52,688 nt of DNA, from the NCBI GenBank assembly GCA_051942205.1, contig JAVECO010000165.1, positions 1-52,688 on the forward strand, given 5' to 3'. Origin of the DNA: Coniocarpon cinnabarinum. Lineage: Eukaryota. Below the pieces are notes generated by a model. That model was not told the origin of the DNA, ran no database searches, and saw only the letters and a list, made by a program, of their open reading frames with translations. Positions 32,958 to 44,200 of the stretch are shown piece by piece (position 1 is the first letter of the stretch; each line of letters begins with the position of its first letter). Made by a program: the position numbers and the translations under genes.

Positions 32958-35090
32958 ATGTCGGACACACCAGCGACTGAACGACAGAGAAAATCGAGCC
33001 TCTCTAGTTCGCCGTCGGAATATTCTGAGGCACAAGGCTCAGGTCTCTTAGACAGGGACACCCCCGACAAGCCTACCACAGAGCTCGAGCATGACGACGA
33101 ACACAGTGACAGCGACAGCGAGCGTGGGGACTCTGGAACGGAAACTGAGCGTGATCTTACAAGAAATGGAAGAACTACAGATGATGAGGACATGGATGTA
33201 GACAGCCCACAAACGCTGGACTTCGATCATACACGAAAAGACGCCAACGAAGTCGAGCTAGAAAAGCTTGTTTTTGGGGATAGCGAAGGCTTCAGATCTG
33301 CGTTGAAAGATTTTGAAAAGCCATCCGTAGCAAAAGATGAGGCAGACTTTTCTCAAAGACCAGACGAGGCACTTACAGCTGTTCCGGATGGGGACTTATT
33401 CTTCATCGACGACCGACCGGATGCTTCCCTCAAGCCAAAAGGCTTCGACCAAGCAAACGCCAGCGAAGAGCTCAGCGACGAGGACCATAAGCAGCCAGCT
33501 TGGTCTGACAGCGATGACGACCGAATGCAGATCAGTCTGATGTCTGTCCCGAGACTTCGAAAGCTACGAAATTTCGAAGGCGAGGATGTGATCTCAGGTA
33601 CTGAGTATCAACGACGACTTCGAAGGCAATACCGAGCGTTACATCCACCGCCAAAGTGGGCATCATGGCGATCAAACGAAACTACAAATGAGCATCCAAA
33701 GAAACGGCGGAAGCTCGCAGCTTCTGCTCAGCGCCCATACTCGGATGATGGAGAATCTTTGTCAGAAGCGGACAGCGACATTTCCGTGTCATCTGATACT
33801 GCCGCTACGTCCGCGCCGACTCTGTCTTCCCTTCTGAAATCCAGCGCTTCTTTCACTCGCTCAACCGCGCCAAGATTCAGCGAATTTTCGTCGATTCCCC
33901 GTTTGAAGCCGTCGGTCCTCGACATTGACCGCCTTCCAGACATTGTTGCTTCCGCCTCGCCGCAACCTCACTCGACAACATCCCTCTCACTGCACCCAGT
34001 CCTTCCCTTGGTCCTCACTGCTGGCCTCTCAGGCATGCTTTACATGCACCACATTCGACCATTTCCGACCCCTCCTGACCCTCCCAATCCATTGGTGACA
34101 TCTCTGCACATGAAGAACACAAAATTCTCTACCGCTCTATTCTCGCCTTTGACAGGCACGCAAAACGAGCCCAAAATCTACATGGCAGCTGATCGGCGCG
34201 CGTTTCACACTTGGACATTGCCCACTGGAAATATTTCCAAGATCACCCGCATCGGTGGAGAGCAGCAAGGTGATCGGCAGCAGAGAGTTGGCGTCATCAA
34301 ACCCTCTCCTTGTGGTCGATACATTGGCATTCAAGGCACTGCCAAGAAAGGTGGAGGCATTGTCAATGTCCTTTCGGCGAGCACGCTGCAATGGATAGCG
34401 CAAGCGCGAGGCGAAGGCCGTGGTGGACTTGCAGATTTCGGTTGGTGGAGCGACGGTGAAGGCCTGAGTCTTGTGGGAAAGTTGGGAGAAGTAGCGGAAT
34501 GGAGTGTAGAGGGACGAAGAGTAGTACTAAGATGGCAAGATCAGGGCGGCGTCGGGATTACAGTGCTAGCTATGGGTGGTGGTCCAGGGGGGGCTAACAA
34601 GAAGGCTAAGAAATCGAAGAGAGGAAAAATCGGACCAGATCGATGGGCGGTTTTGGGGACGAATAGTGGGTTTGTGACGGTGTATGACCGCATAAAACTG
34701 GCGTCTCAGTCTGAGGAAGTGTTGGAGAATGGAAAACAAGGAAATGAGAGTGACACAGAGAACAGACCACCGACTCTCGCACCGACACCACATGCAACAC
34801 TCAGCCACCTTACGACACCCGTCTCTCATCTCTCCGTTTCGCCGTGTGGTCAAGTACTTGCCATGGCATCAAAGTGGAAGCGAGACGCCATCCGCTTGGT
34901 ACATCTGTCTAGTGGGACAGTATACAGGAATTGGCCGACTGCACGTACTCCCATTGGTCGCATCAGCAGCATGACAATCGGCGAGTGTGAAGGCGTGGTC
35001 CAGGGCTCAAAGGACGACGAAGGACGAGGGATGCTGTTGATTATTGGAAATGAGCAAGGCATTGTGAGGAACTGGGTGATAAGGGGCTAA
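32958..35090 (+). CDS. UTP18: U3 snoRNA-associated protein 18 (WD40)
   Basis: ELEKLVFGD, PAWSDSDD, RLRKLR...EDVISGTEYQRRLR, ASKWKRDAIRLVHL..TVYRNWPT..TPIGRI. Start taken at MSDTP. Confidence 0.9.
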   Translation: MSDTPATERQRKSSLSSSPSEYSEAQGSGLLDRDTPDKPTTELEHDDEHSDSDSERGDSGTETERDLTRNGRTTDDEDMDVDSPQTLDFDHTRKDANEVELEKLVFGDSEGFRSALKDFEKPSVAKDEADFSQRPDEALTAVPDGDLFFIDDRPDASLKPKGFDQANASEELSDEDHKQPAWSDSDDDRMQISLMSVPRLRKLRNFEGEDVISGTEYQRRLRRQYRALHPPPKWASWRSNETTNEHPKKRRKLAASAQRPYSDDGESLSEADSDISVSSDTAATSAPTLSSLLKSSASFTRSTAPRFSEFSSIPRLKPSVLDIDRLPDIVASASPQPHSTTSLSLHPVLPLVLTAGLSGMLYMHHIRPFPTPPDPPNPLVTSLHMKNTKFSTALFSPLTGTQNEPKIYMAADRRAFHTWTLPTGNISKITRIGGEQQGDRQQRVGVIKPSPCGRYIGIQGTAKKGGGIVNVLSASTLQWIAQARGEGRGGLADFGWWSDGEGLSLVGKLGEVAEWSVEGRRVVLRWQDQGGVGITVLAMGGGPGGANKKAKKSKRGKIGPDRWAVLGTNSGFVTVYDRIKLASQSEEVLENGKQGNESDTENRPPTLAPTPHATLSHLTTPVSHLSVSPCGQVLAMASKWKRDAIRLVHLSSGTVYRNWPTARTPIGRISSMTIGECEGVVQGSKDDEGRGMLLIIGNEQGIVRNWVIRG

Positions 35091-35181
35091 CCGATGCTTC
35101 GACCATCAATATCATCCTCATCCTATTTTTTTCATCATTGCCAAAACATCGCTCACGAAACACAAGTCTATGGGTCTCTTT

Positions 35182-36722
35182 TCAGTATTTCGTCTTGGTG
35201 GGTACCCCACTCATAAATCTTCCTGCGTCTCCTTCCACCCCCAATCTCGCGAACAGCCATTTCAATATGATGAAGAATGCCTCAGGCTCACCCATGTGCG
35301 ACCGACCCTTCACGATTCTCAATTCCTTTGGTTCACCCCTCTGCACAGCAACATACATGTCATCAACCGGGAAAATGCTATCTTCATCACCATTCACCAG
35401 CAACAGTCTCGCGCACTCTTGATCCAGCGTCCCATCCTCTACTAAGCTGAAGCGTCCCCTAGCTTCTCGTTTGAACTTCTCAAAATCGCGATACCCGTAT
35501 TTGAATGCCAGTGTGTGACCCAAGTCAAAGGGATACTCACCACCGTTGCTGGCGTCCAACCATTCCGGATCAAACATATGATGGCATCCCCCGCCTTGAC
35601 TCACGACGCCACAGACGCGCTCTCGATGCGTGTGCGCCATGCGAATGGCGTAATACCCTCCAGTGCTGAATCCCCACACAGCTACCTTGTTTTTGTGAAT
35701 CTCGCTCTGCTGATCCATCCATGCGAACAGCGAGTCCCAGACCCGGTCCGCTCCTTTGGGGTCAGAAGGATCTGCTGGATTGTCCCCTGTACCTGGAATC
35801 TCGGCGATGACGACGGCGACGCCAAGGGCAGACCAAGAAGGGATCCAAACGGCTAGATCGGTGCGGTAGCCGTCGAGACCCGTCAGGATGATGACGGTAG
35901 GGGCGGGTTTTGAGCTGGTAGCGGACGCGGGCAGATGGTAGTAAATTGGCAGAACGGGCTGATCGGAGGCGGTGGCGTGGGTGTGGGGAACATTGAGCGA
36001 GCGAGTAGGCGGATCATGGAGGCTGCATACTGTGATGAGTATTTGGCAGATGCTTGCAAAGCTCTACAGGAACGTAGGGTGGCAGATTCGGTAAGGGACT
36101 TACGCTAGGCCTGCTTCCGCTGCTTCTTTTCCCTTCTGCCATGCGTAGCGTTGCTTCTCTGATCGTGGTGCCGGGAAGCGTGCAATTCGATAGAGTGCAG
36201 AGGCTCGTCTACATGGTCAGATAGTCGTCCTCACTTGCCACAACCCCTGCGTCTGGCGAGAAGTTCAGACTTACAAATACAACTCCGCCGCTTTTTCTTT
36301 CTCACGCTTGCTCTCCGCATCCTGAGCTCGAGTTGCCAGCTTCTGGGCGTGCGGGAAGAATGTTGAAGCGTAGGCGTCCCAGTCGTAGGGTTCTTTCATG
36401 TTTTTCTGATAGTGAGTCAGTCCTCATCCAGCTATACCATTATTGTTATCTTCAGTGAGCACCTACAGCTACCAACTCGTCGACCACAGGCTGGAAGTCC
36501 TCGATGCTGCCAAACATGAATGGGTAGACACCCATTGAGCACTTTCGAGTCAGCAAAACCAGGCGCTCTTGAAGGTCTCGGTCCAGATCGACCTGCCTGC
36601 ACTTGACGTACCGGCTTCTCCCATTTCGTCTCCCAAAGTGCCTTGAAGCTTTCATGATGCGCAAAAGGTTGTTTCTTCTCAAGTTGATCATGGATAAAAT
36701 ACCTACCTCCGGGCGCTGCCAT
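35182..36722 (-). CDS. AYG1: Ayg1/Yg1-like alpha/beta hydrolase (polyketide chain-shortening), multi-exon
   Basis: HHESFKALWETKW..P, MGVYPFM, YRIARFP, TGLDGYRTD, nucleophile WGFSTGGYY, C-terminal HMGEP. Confidence 0.82.
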
Positions 36723-37452
36723 ATCGACACCCTTCAATACTTACTTACAATATCAAACCAAGGTCACGACGCGCGGTAAGCCTATTGCCTACGGTGATTG
36801 TCAAGTCGCGGACAATCCCATGAGCAATACTCGCAACTTTATGCATCATTAGAATCAGGTCTACAATCGTCTCGTGGACTTGTGAGATGACACCAGCCAC
36901 ATCGGTGGTTCGGCGGTTCGGAATGAGCAAGGAGTGCGGAGAGCCGCAGATACTTTTTGCCATAACACAGCAAGTCTAGTATGTGGTACTTGACCTGCAA
37001 GACACCTTCAAGCACCTTGCCCAGCTTAGCTCAGGAATCCATGGATGATTGCACGCTGCACTGAATCAAGAATGTGAGGTTGGAACTTCCGTTTGAAAGA
37101 AATGCTGGTTGTCTTGGCAGGATGTGCAGGGACGAGGGATATTGAGGTGTGAGATGCATCGCAATTGAAGCATGTCTGGAATATCCAGAATATGCAAACG
37201 GGTGTGAAATGACAATCTGATTGCGCTGAGCACTGAGGCGCGTGGTAACACCGAGAACTATTTGATTCACGGAGCACATTTGGAAGTCGCACACTGAGAA
37301 GAGGGCGATAGAAGCGTTGATATGTCTTTCGCCCAGTAATGCCATTGTCAGAACTTGCACCTACGGAAACATTCTGCACATTTCTCCAGATGCAAGCAAA
37401 TGCAATTGCGGCCTCATCCGCCCCACGTTCCTCATAGACAGAAGCTATGCGC

Positions 37453-38500
37453 TTATTTCTTCTCCTCCTCGTCACCCGCCAATTGCGCTCGCTTCTCAGC
37501 CAAACGCTCCTGTCTTCGCTCACGAGCGGCCTTGTTCTTCGCACGCTTAGCGTCCATCTCCTCTTGAATGATACGGGCACGCTGCTTCTCGGCCTTGGCC
37601 TTGTGAATCTGTGTAGTATAGTTAGCATCAGGTCGAGCTCGGAGGCGAAACAATATGACCAGCAATGTTGAATGTGATCGAAGGGCTCAATAGGCTGAGA
37701 ATTATGCATCAAGCTTGTTCGTGCCAGAGCGGGCAGAAATATCGATTGTAGATCTTGAAATACTTACGTGTTCGACGAGGGCACGCTTGTGCTTGAACGT
37801 GTTACCCTTGCTCAGATGGTACAGCTCGTGGTACAGGTGCTTGTCAATCTTGCCGCTTGCACGGTACTTGACTAAGAGGCGTCGAAGTACACGAAGACGT
37901 CGCATCCACATAACCTCACTGGACACGTATCGTTAGTTGCTAGCTTTGGACATGCACACTCCGCAACAAGATCTTTCGCGATTTTGTACGCGCTTGTCCG
38001 ACGCGTATAGATGTTTGAATCGTATCTGGGCTGTACAGAAAGTGAATCCAGGGCGTGATGAAACTCACGTCGGCATTCTTGCCTCCGCAGTACCCTTCCT
38101 CTTCCCGTAACCTCGGTGTCGGCCAATCCGTCGAGCTGACGACAACTCTCGAGCACGGGCTCGCGAATGCATTGTGACAGGCTTCTTGATGATGAGGCCA
38201 TCTGAGAGGAGCTTGCGGATGGTTTGACGGGAGTTGGCGTTGGAGATCTCAGAGACTTCATTGGGGTCGAGCCAGATCTTGCGCTTGCCGACACCAGCCA
38301 CGGAGGCGGCGAGGCGCTTTTGCGTGCGAAGATTGACCCTGCAGGACGACGTTTGTCAGCTTCGCGGTCATGGAAGGTTGTGCAGGACACGAGCATCCCA
38401 AGGTGATGAGGGGTACGCGCTTGATGAGACGCAAGAAGAGTCCCGAGTCGCAATGATTTGCAGTTGGAGTCTTCGCAGCAGTGGAGTCGTATACTCACAT
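37453..38500 (-). CDS. RPL19: 60S ribosomal protein L19 (eL19), 4 exons
   Basis: Start codon split by intron 1 (AT|G). [51 protein letters not shown]. Confidence 0.97.
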
Positions 38501-38630
38501 CTTGAACAATGGCTGTCCTCGATGGAATCCGATGCGAGGGCGATGGGAAGAGCCTCGTTGTTGCTCCAGTTGTCTTCAGCCGGGGTGGAGTCATCGATTC
38601 AAGAGTAATCATATCTTACTCGATTGGGTG

Positions 38631-38682
38631 TGAGGGCTCGAAAGCCCTAGGTAAGACTGGAGATCTCTCATGAACACGTGAC
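38631..38682. promoter_or_regulatory. Putative ribosomal-protein promoter module: inverted Tbf1-like pair and Cbf1 E-box
   Basis: TGAGGGCT-CGAA-AGCCCTAG (38631-38650) and CACGTGAC (38675-38682), 130-180 bp upstream of the RPL19 ATG. Confidence 0.55.
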
Positions 38683-40061
38683 TAGAAATGCCCCCCTACT
38701 TTACGGGTACCCATCCTCCAGACTTCACGAATGCATCTTCACTGATCGTCTTTGGCTCATGTGTTTCCAAGGTACTACATTCTTGCACACGTCTCCATAG
38801 GCCAAGACATTTCTACAAGACAAAAGGTCATGCAACTGTACACGTAGCCCGGCTGGCCGCGTTGCGCCGCATTTGGTGTACTGTGCGAGCACTTCGTATC
38901 CGACCTCCGCTACCGTCAACTTGAACTCGACGGCATGCGTAGATGTAAACAACGACAAGTTGTAATTTCCCAGACACCCAGCTTCTGAGTGTCTTCGTTA
39001 CAAGGGTACCGTATCTGGATGGTGTGGCACCTGTTGGTATAACATCCTATAACTTGCAACGTGGACTACTCCGCCCGGCATATTTCTTTGAAAACGCATG
39101 CCAAAGTTATATACTTGTGGCACAATAAGCCTGAGACAACAAAATTCCGAAACGATAGCCTGTTGCAGACGTGTGCACTTGTATCATTCGGCCCCGCGCA
39201 TCATGGTAATGGTAGCAAAAAGGAACAAAACGCATCTACACTGTTTCGAGATGCGGCTCTCGGCACACTCGGTCCAGCTTTGAGGCAGCTGCATGCAGTT
39301 TTCCAGGATGAGAAGGTAACGTGTTTGCACTCGCAGACTGTTTGCCCCATCCGGACGGCCGGTCCGGCGCGTGTAGGTTATCAATAATTGTTTCGCCCCT
39401 ACTTTTTGAAGCGGACGCAAGAGCTTCGCCTCACGGCTGCGTCGCAATGAAACATGACAGATGTGCTGCTGCTCTCTGTTCATGCATCACAATGCAGGCA
39501 GAGAACCCCAGTCTGGGTCCGCCGCCTAGCGGAACATCATCGTCATCGCCGCGGGGCGGCTTTTTCTTGCCAACTTTCGTTGCGTCGGGCTCCAATTGAG
39601 GTCGACACAATCTACTTCGAGACTAGAGGATACGGAAAAAGTCCAACGATCGGCCAGCGTTACAAGTGGCTACAATTCCGTGCCCAAAGCAGGACGACCT
39701 CAAGTAACTCTTGGCGACTCGAGGTGGCCTTTTCCAGCTGCCACGCCGCATTCATCGTCCCTTTCGATAGATGCACGATGGAAGTCACACAAGCACAACG
39801 ATGCCTGATGCCTGCACTGCTGGACCCCACTGCCGATAAGTCAACAGCTCTCATCTTCTAACGTCTTGAACACGTTGCGTATGTGCCATTTCCTCTACTA
39901 CTTAAACACATCGTTCCACATCTTCACTATGCGCCTAGAAAAATCTCAGAACAATCAACTGCAACCCCGCATTCCCTTCTCACCAATCAATTACATCTGA
40001 TCTTACTCCACACAACCAAGCCTAAGCACCTTCCACCAGCACATCATCCTATCCACTCATC

Positions 40062-40359
40062 ATGTCGTCGATCTTCAGTAGAAAGCATTCCAGCGACAGC
40101 GAGAGCTCGTTCTCGACTCAAGAGCGCGACCACACGCGCAACCAAACCAGGAAAACCGCGATCAGAATCTTGCGGGTGGCCACGGCATGTTCGAGGGCGC
40201 GGAGAAGGACTATAAGAAGAGTGTGAGTTGTTCAGCCAATCGTGAATAGGAGTTGTGTGAAGCGCCAATGACTGACGTCGACGTTAGGAGAGCAAGCGAA
40301 AGTGGGGGGCCAGGAAGCAGAAGTTTAAGGGCTTCTTTGGCCGTGGCTCAGGCCAATAA
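40062..40359 (+). pseudogene. Family Y copy B small gene with a 1-nt frameshift (or sequencing error)
   Basis: ATG 40062; intron 40223-40287 (GTGAGT...CTGAC...TAG). Adding one A at 40144-40146 restores a frame homologous to copy A. Confidence 0.55.
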
Positions 40360-40453
40360 AAAGATAGCAACGTGCAGTGAAGTATCCCACTATGAATCTG
40401 AATCCAGAGTCCCCTGTCTATTGCTTCCAAGCCTTTTGTTACGTCTTGATTGA

Positions 40454-40523
40454 TACGTCCAGATTATTACGCCCAGATTATTACGTCCAGATTATTACGT
40501 CCAAATTATTACGTCCAGATTGC
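40454..40523. repeat. 14-bp tandem repeat x5 (TACGTCCAGATTAT)
   Basis: Units start at 40454, 40468, 40482, 40496 and 40510, with 0-2 substitutions each. Confidence 0.9.
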
Positions 40524-41224
40524 TACATCTGGGTTGTCGCGCTCCACAACCGTAACGTCTTATTACCGAACCCTAATCCACGATCGCACAATCTCTTAAG
40601 TGCCAAAGCTGCCAGGTATCCAACGTTCAAAATGTAGCTCCAATTACATCCGCAGTACGCCCTCTTTCCGGCAACAGCCTTAGTAAGCCTCAAACCCATC
40701 TTTATAATTATTAATAGACCGTCTTTATCTCTTTTTCTTTCAGGACATGGTTCAGCTCGGCTTTGCAATCACTATTCGCAGCCATTGCCGCTTTGCAGCT
40801 TCTACCACTCATCAATTTGCACGTTATTGCATCATGTAAAAGCATCACGACAATGTTCGCGTTTAGTCGACTGACTTCTCGAATGTATCCCTTCTCTTTC
40901 TGCGCTACTCTACGGCGCAGCAGCGCTTGTACGTTCGCCTGATCTTCGTTAACTCAGATGGCCTGTATTCAGGGGCAGCTTCAGAACAGCGCATGTGACT
41001 CTGGGAAGTTGAGAACGTGTCGCTTAGACATCAAGGCAAGGCGTGTAATCTTAGACGCAAATACCCCTCGTGTTAGATTCTAGCACTCTCACGCGCGTTA
41101 GAGCACGCAGCATCACACAATTTTGCCGCAGAACGACCTTCGCGGTAGACGAATACTGCAGTTCAGATCAAAGGGTATTCACATTTCTACAATTTCTTTT
41201 CACAAGCACACACGACATCCACCA

Positions 41225-44200
41225 TCACCCCTCAAACACCCCCTCCAACTCCACCTTACCTACACTCCAAATCTCCCTCTCATCCTCCCTCTCATCATTA
41301 CTAAGCCCCAACCCACCCGCACCACCCTCCGCTTCTCTCCGCTCCCTCGCCTGCGCCGCCAGACGGACCGCCACCCTCTTAAAGTAATCGCCCATTGCAC
41401 GCTTCGGGCCCGGCGGCATCTCTGCACCAGGTCCAGCCATGTACTTGTCAAAGACGGCAGAATCCTCGTCGACGACGTCAAAGATCCCGATGAAGGCTGC
41501 TTCGGCGGCCAGTTTAATGGGGATGATGGGGTCGCGAACGCTCGCGAAGATGGGTGGGACCAACAGCGGTAAGTGAGGACGAATGAGGTCGTTGTCTCGG
41601 CGCGCGACGGTGCGTGTGACGGTCAGTGCAAAACGGCGGGTATCGATGGGACTGCCTGGTTGCATGACAGGTGCGAGCGCTTCGAAAAGCGTCTTGCTGA
41701 TTTCGAAATTGTGGTTGGTGCTCTCGCTGAGGAGGTACTTGCCAGCGGCCATGACAGAGTTCTCGGCGATGGCTGGTTCGGGACTTGCGATGCCTTTGCA
41801 GATGGTGGTGATGGTGTCTTGATTATAATTTGTGGTCAAAGTCTCGGGGGCGTCCAGCAGGATGGCGTTCAGGGCGAGGACTGAGCTTGTGGAGCGCTGT
41901 GAGCTGAGCACGCGAGTCTTGACTATGTTGTGCGTGACTTCGGGATTAAGATTCTTGATGAGCGCACCCAAGAGTTTGGCATTAGTGATTCGCGCCGTGT
42001 CGTCGTTCTCGTCCGTATCGTTGTCAATGAGATCAATGATAGCGTTGCGCGAAGCCCCACTCATATTCGCACCAACGCGGCTGATCACCTCGAATAGGGC
42101 TTTCTGCATTGCGTTCTTGACGCCCGGATCGGAGGTCTTTGATCCGGTCACGAGCTCTCCAATTAAGGGATCTATACGAGGCGTCATCGTAATGAGTGTG
42201 CCCAATGCTCTTGCAGCACGCATACGCAATACGTCGCTCGTGGGGTCAGCAAGTGACTTAGTGAATGTCCTCTGCAACTGCGGCAGGAAAGGTTTCAGGA
42301 ACGTCGGAATCTTCTCGAGAAGGTTGTTGAGCGTAACCAAGATGGCTGCCTTGACTTCTGTGGAGCGTTCGCTGATCACTCGAATAAGAGGCCCAGTAAT
42401 ATTAGTCACAAATGGCTTGAGAGCATCCGAACTTGTTTTGTCAATGAGCTCTGAGATGGCGAGAGCTGCTTCGACCTTTTGATTCGGCGATCCGTTCACG
42501 AGACCATGCAAGAAAATTGGGAGAACAGCATTGATGCCTTTGGGTAATTGGAATCCCGGCAAATTGTGACCTGCAACGCCGACTTGACTCAAGACTTGTC
42601 GAGTAGGTGTCACAAGACTATCCATGTCTTCTTTCGCGAGCTTACTAGTCAATGTGCTGAGTGCCGTCCATGCAGCCTTGACAACTTCTGCATCATTGTC
42701 GTCAAATGCAATGAGTAAGATCCTGATCAGATCCGCGTGATATCTGGAATAGTCCACCTCGGCTTTCGAGAAGAAAGTGGCGAAATGAATACCTGTTGCT
42801 CTTCGTCTTTGATGGTCATCATGCTTGCTTAGGCCCAGCATGACGCTCATGAGCGCATTTAAGCCATCGAACTCATCCATGGACAGCGTGACTGCATCAA
42901 AGGCGGCATCCAACGCTTCGAGACGCTCTTCGTCCTTGCAAGACACAATGTTGTCTAGCAATGCGTTTAGGATACTGGGCAGTCTTCTGATCATCGAAGT
43001 ACCAGCGACGGACGCGAGTGAGGCCAACGCTCTCGCGTTGAAAGCTGAGATCGGGTTCGATAACAAAGTTGGCAGAAGGTTAGGCAGTATGATGTTTGAC
43101 CTTGTCTGCTCAGTCAAAAGCGTAAGTAAAGCAGCAAGAGCGTTCTCGGCCTCCTCGTCGTCGCGCAGCAAGCCCAGCAAATATGGCAAAATCTGATCAA
43201 TCACCTTCTTTCCGAAGAGTCGCTGTAAAGAATCAAATGCTTCCGCAGCAGCTTCACGCACGGACGCGTCACGATCCACGATTGCAGTACGAACCACCGC
43301 AATGAGCTTAGGCTCATGTTCCTCCAGCGCTTCTTGTGACGCTGACGATATTAGCTCACGCAAAGCAATACAAATGCCTTGTTTTGCGTCACTATCCACA
43401 GAGGTCTCGAGACCCTGTTCCAAGGTAGGAAGCAGCGTTGAGAGGACGCCTTCACCGGCCTTGCGAATCAACTCGCCCAATGCGTTTCCAGCAATGTGCT
43501 TCTGCTCCGGGTTTGGACTGCCAAGTCGCCGAATAATGACTTGTGTGAGCGTAGGCGTAATTTCTCGCAAGGTGCGCGGTGTGGCTACCAAAGCCTTCCA
43601 CACTTGGATAGCTGACGTTCGAACGAGGCCAGAAGTGTCGCAACGGCTGATGTAAAGCGCTGACAAAACATTGGCGCGTCGTTCTTCTCCAAGAACTTCC
43701 AGCAGTGATTGTTGCGCACCGGCAGCGTTCTCATCGGGCTCCTCATCGCCTTCCATTCGAGCGCTGATACCGGTGAGGTTGAATAGCAAATCGCCGACGA
43801 GTTCGATAGAGCTCAATCTAATACGATAGTTAAGGTCACCCAGTCCGCGTTGTAGCTCTGGTAACAACAGATCGATAGCCTTGGTAGCAAAGTTCTTCAC
43901 CAGGAGTCTGCCTGCACGCAAAGAGGTTTCCCGAATACTTTCGACCTCATCAGCCAACCCAGACAGAATCGGAGGTATAATCTTGGATAGATAGTTGGCA
44001 AAGCTATTTCCAAAGCAAGCTGGCAAAAAGATGAACATGGACATGAAGCCTTCGCGAACAGCTGACTTGGTACTGGAGATGTTTTGCAAGATGCTAGGCA
44101 AAGTCTCTTCGAGGCGTCCAACGCCCAGCCCTGCAAGGACCTCACTCAGTGCTTGAGCAGAGCCAAGTCGGTCTCCGGCGCCAGTATCTGTCTTGAGCGT

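Noticed and set aside
37610..38498. Intronic snoRNAs in RPL19 introns
   Set aside because: No convincing C/D or H/ACA box arrangement seen.
40454..40523. CRISPR-like array
   Set aside because: No spacers, 14-bp units, eukaryotic context.
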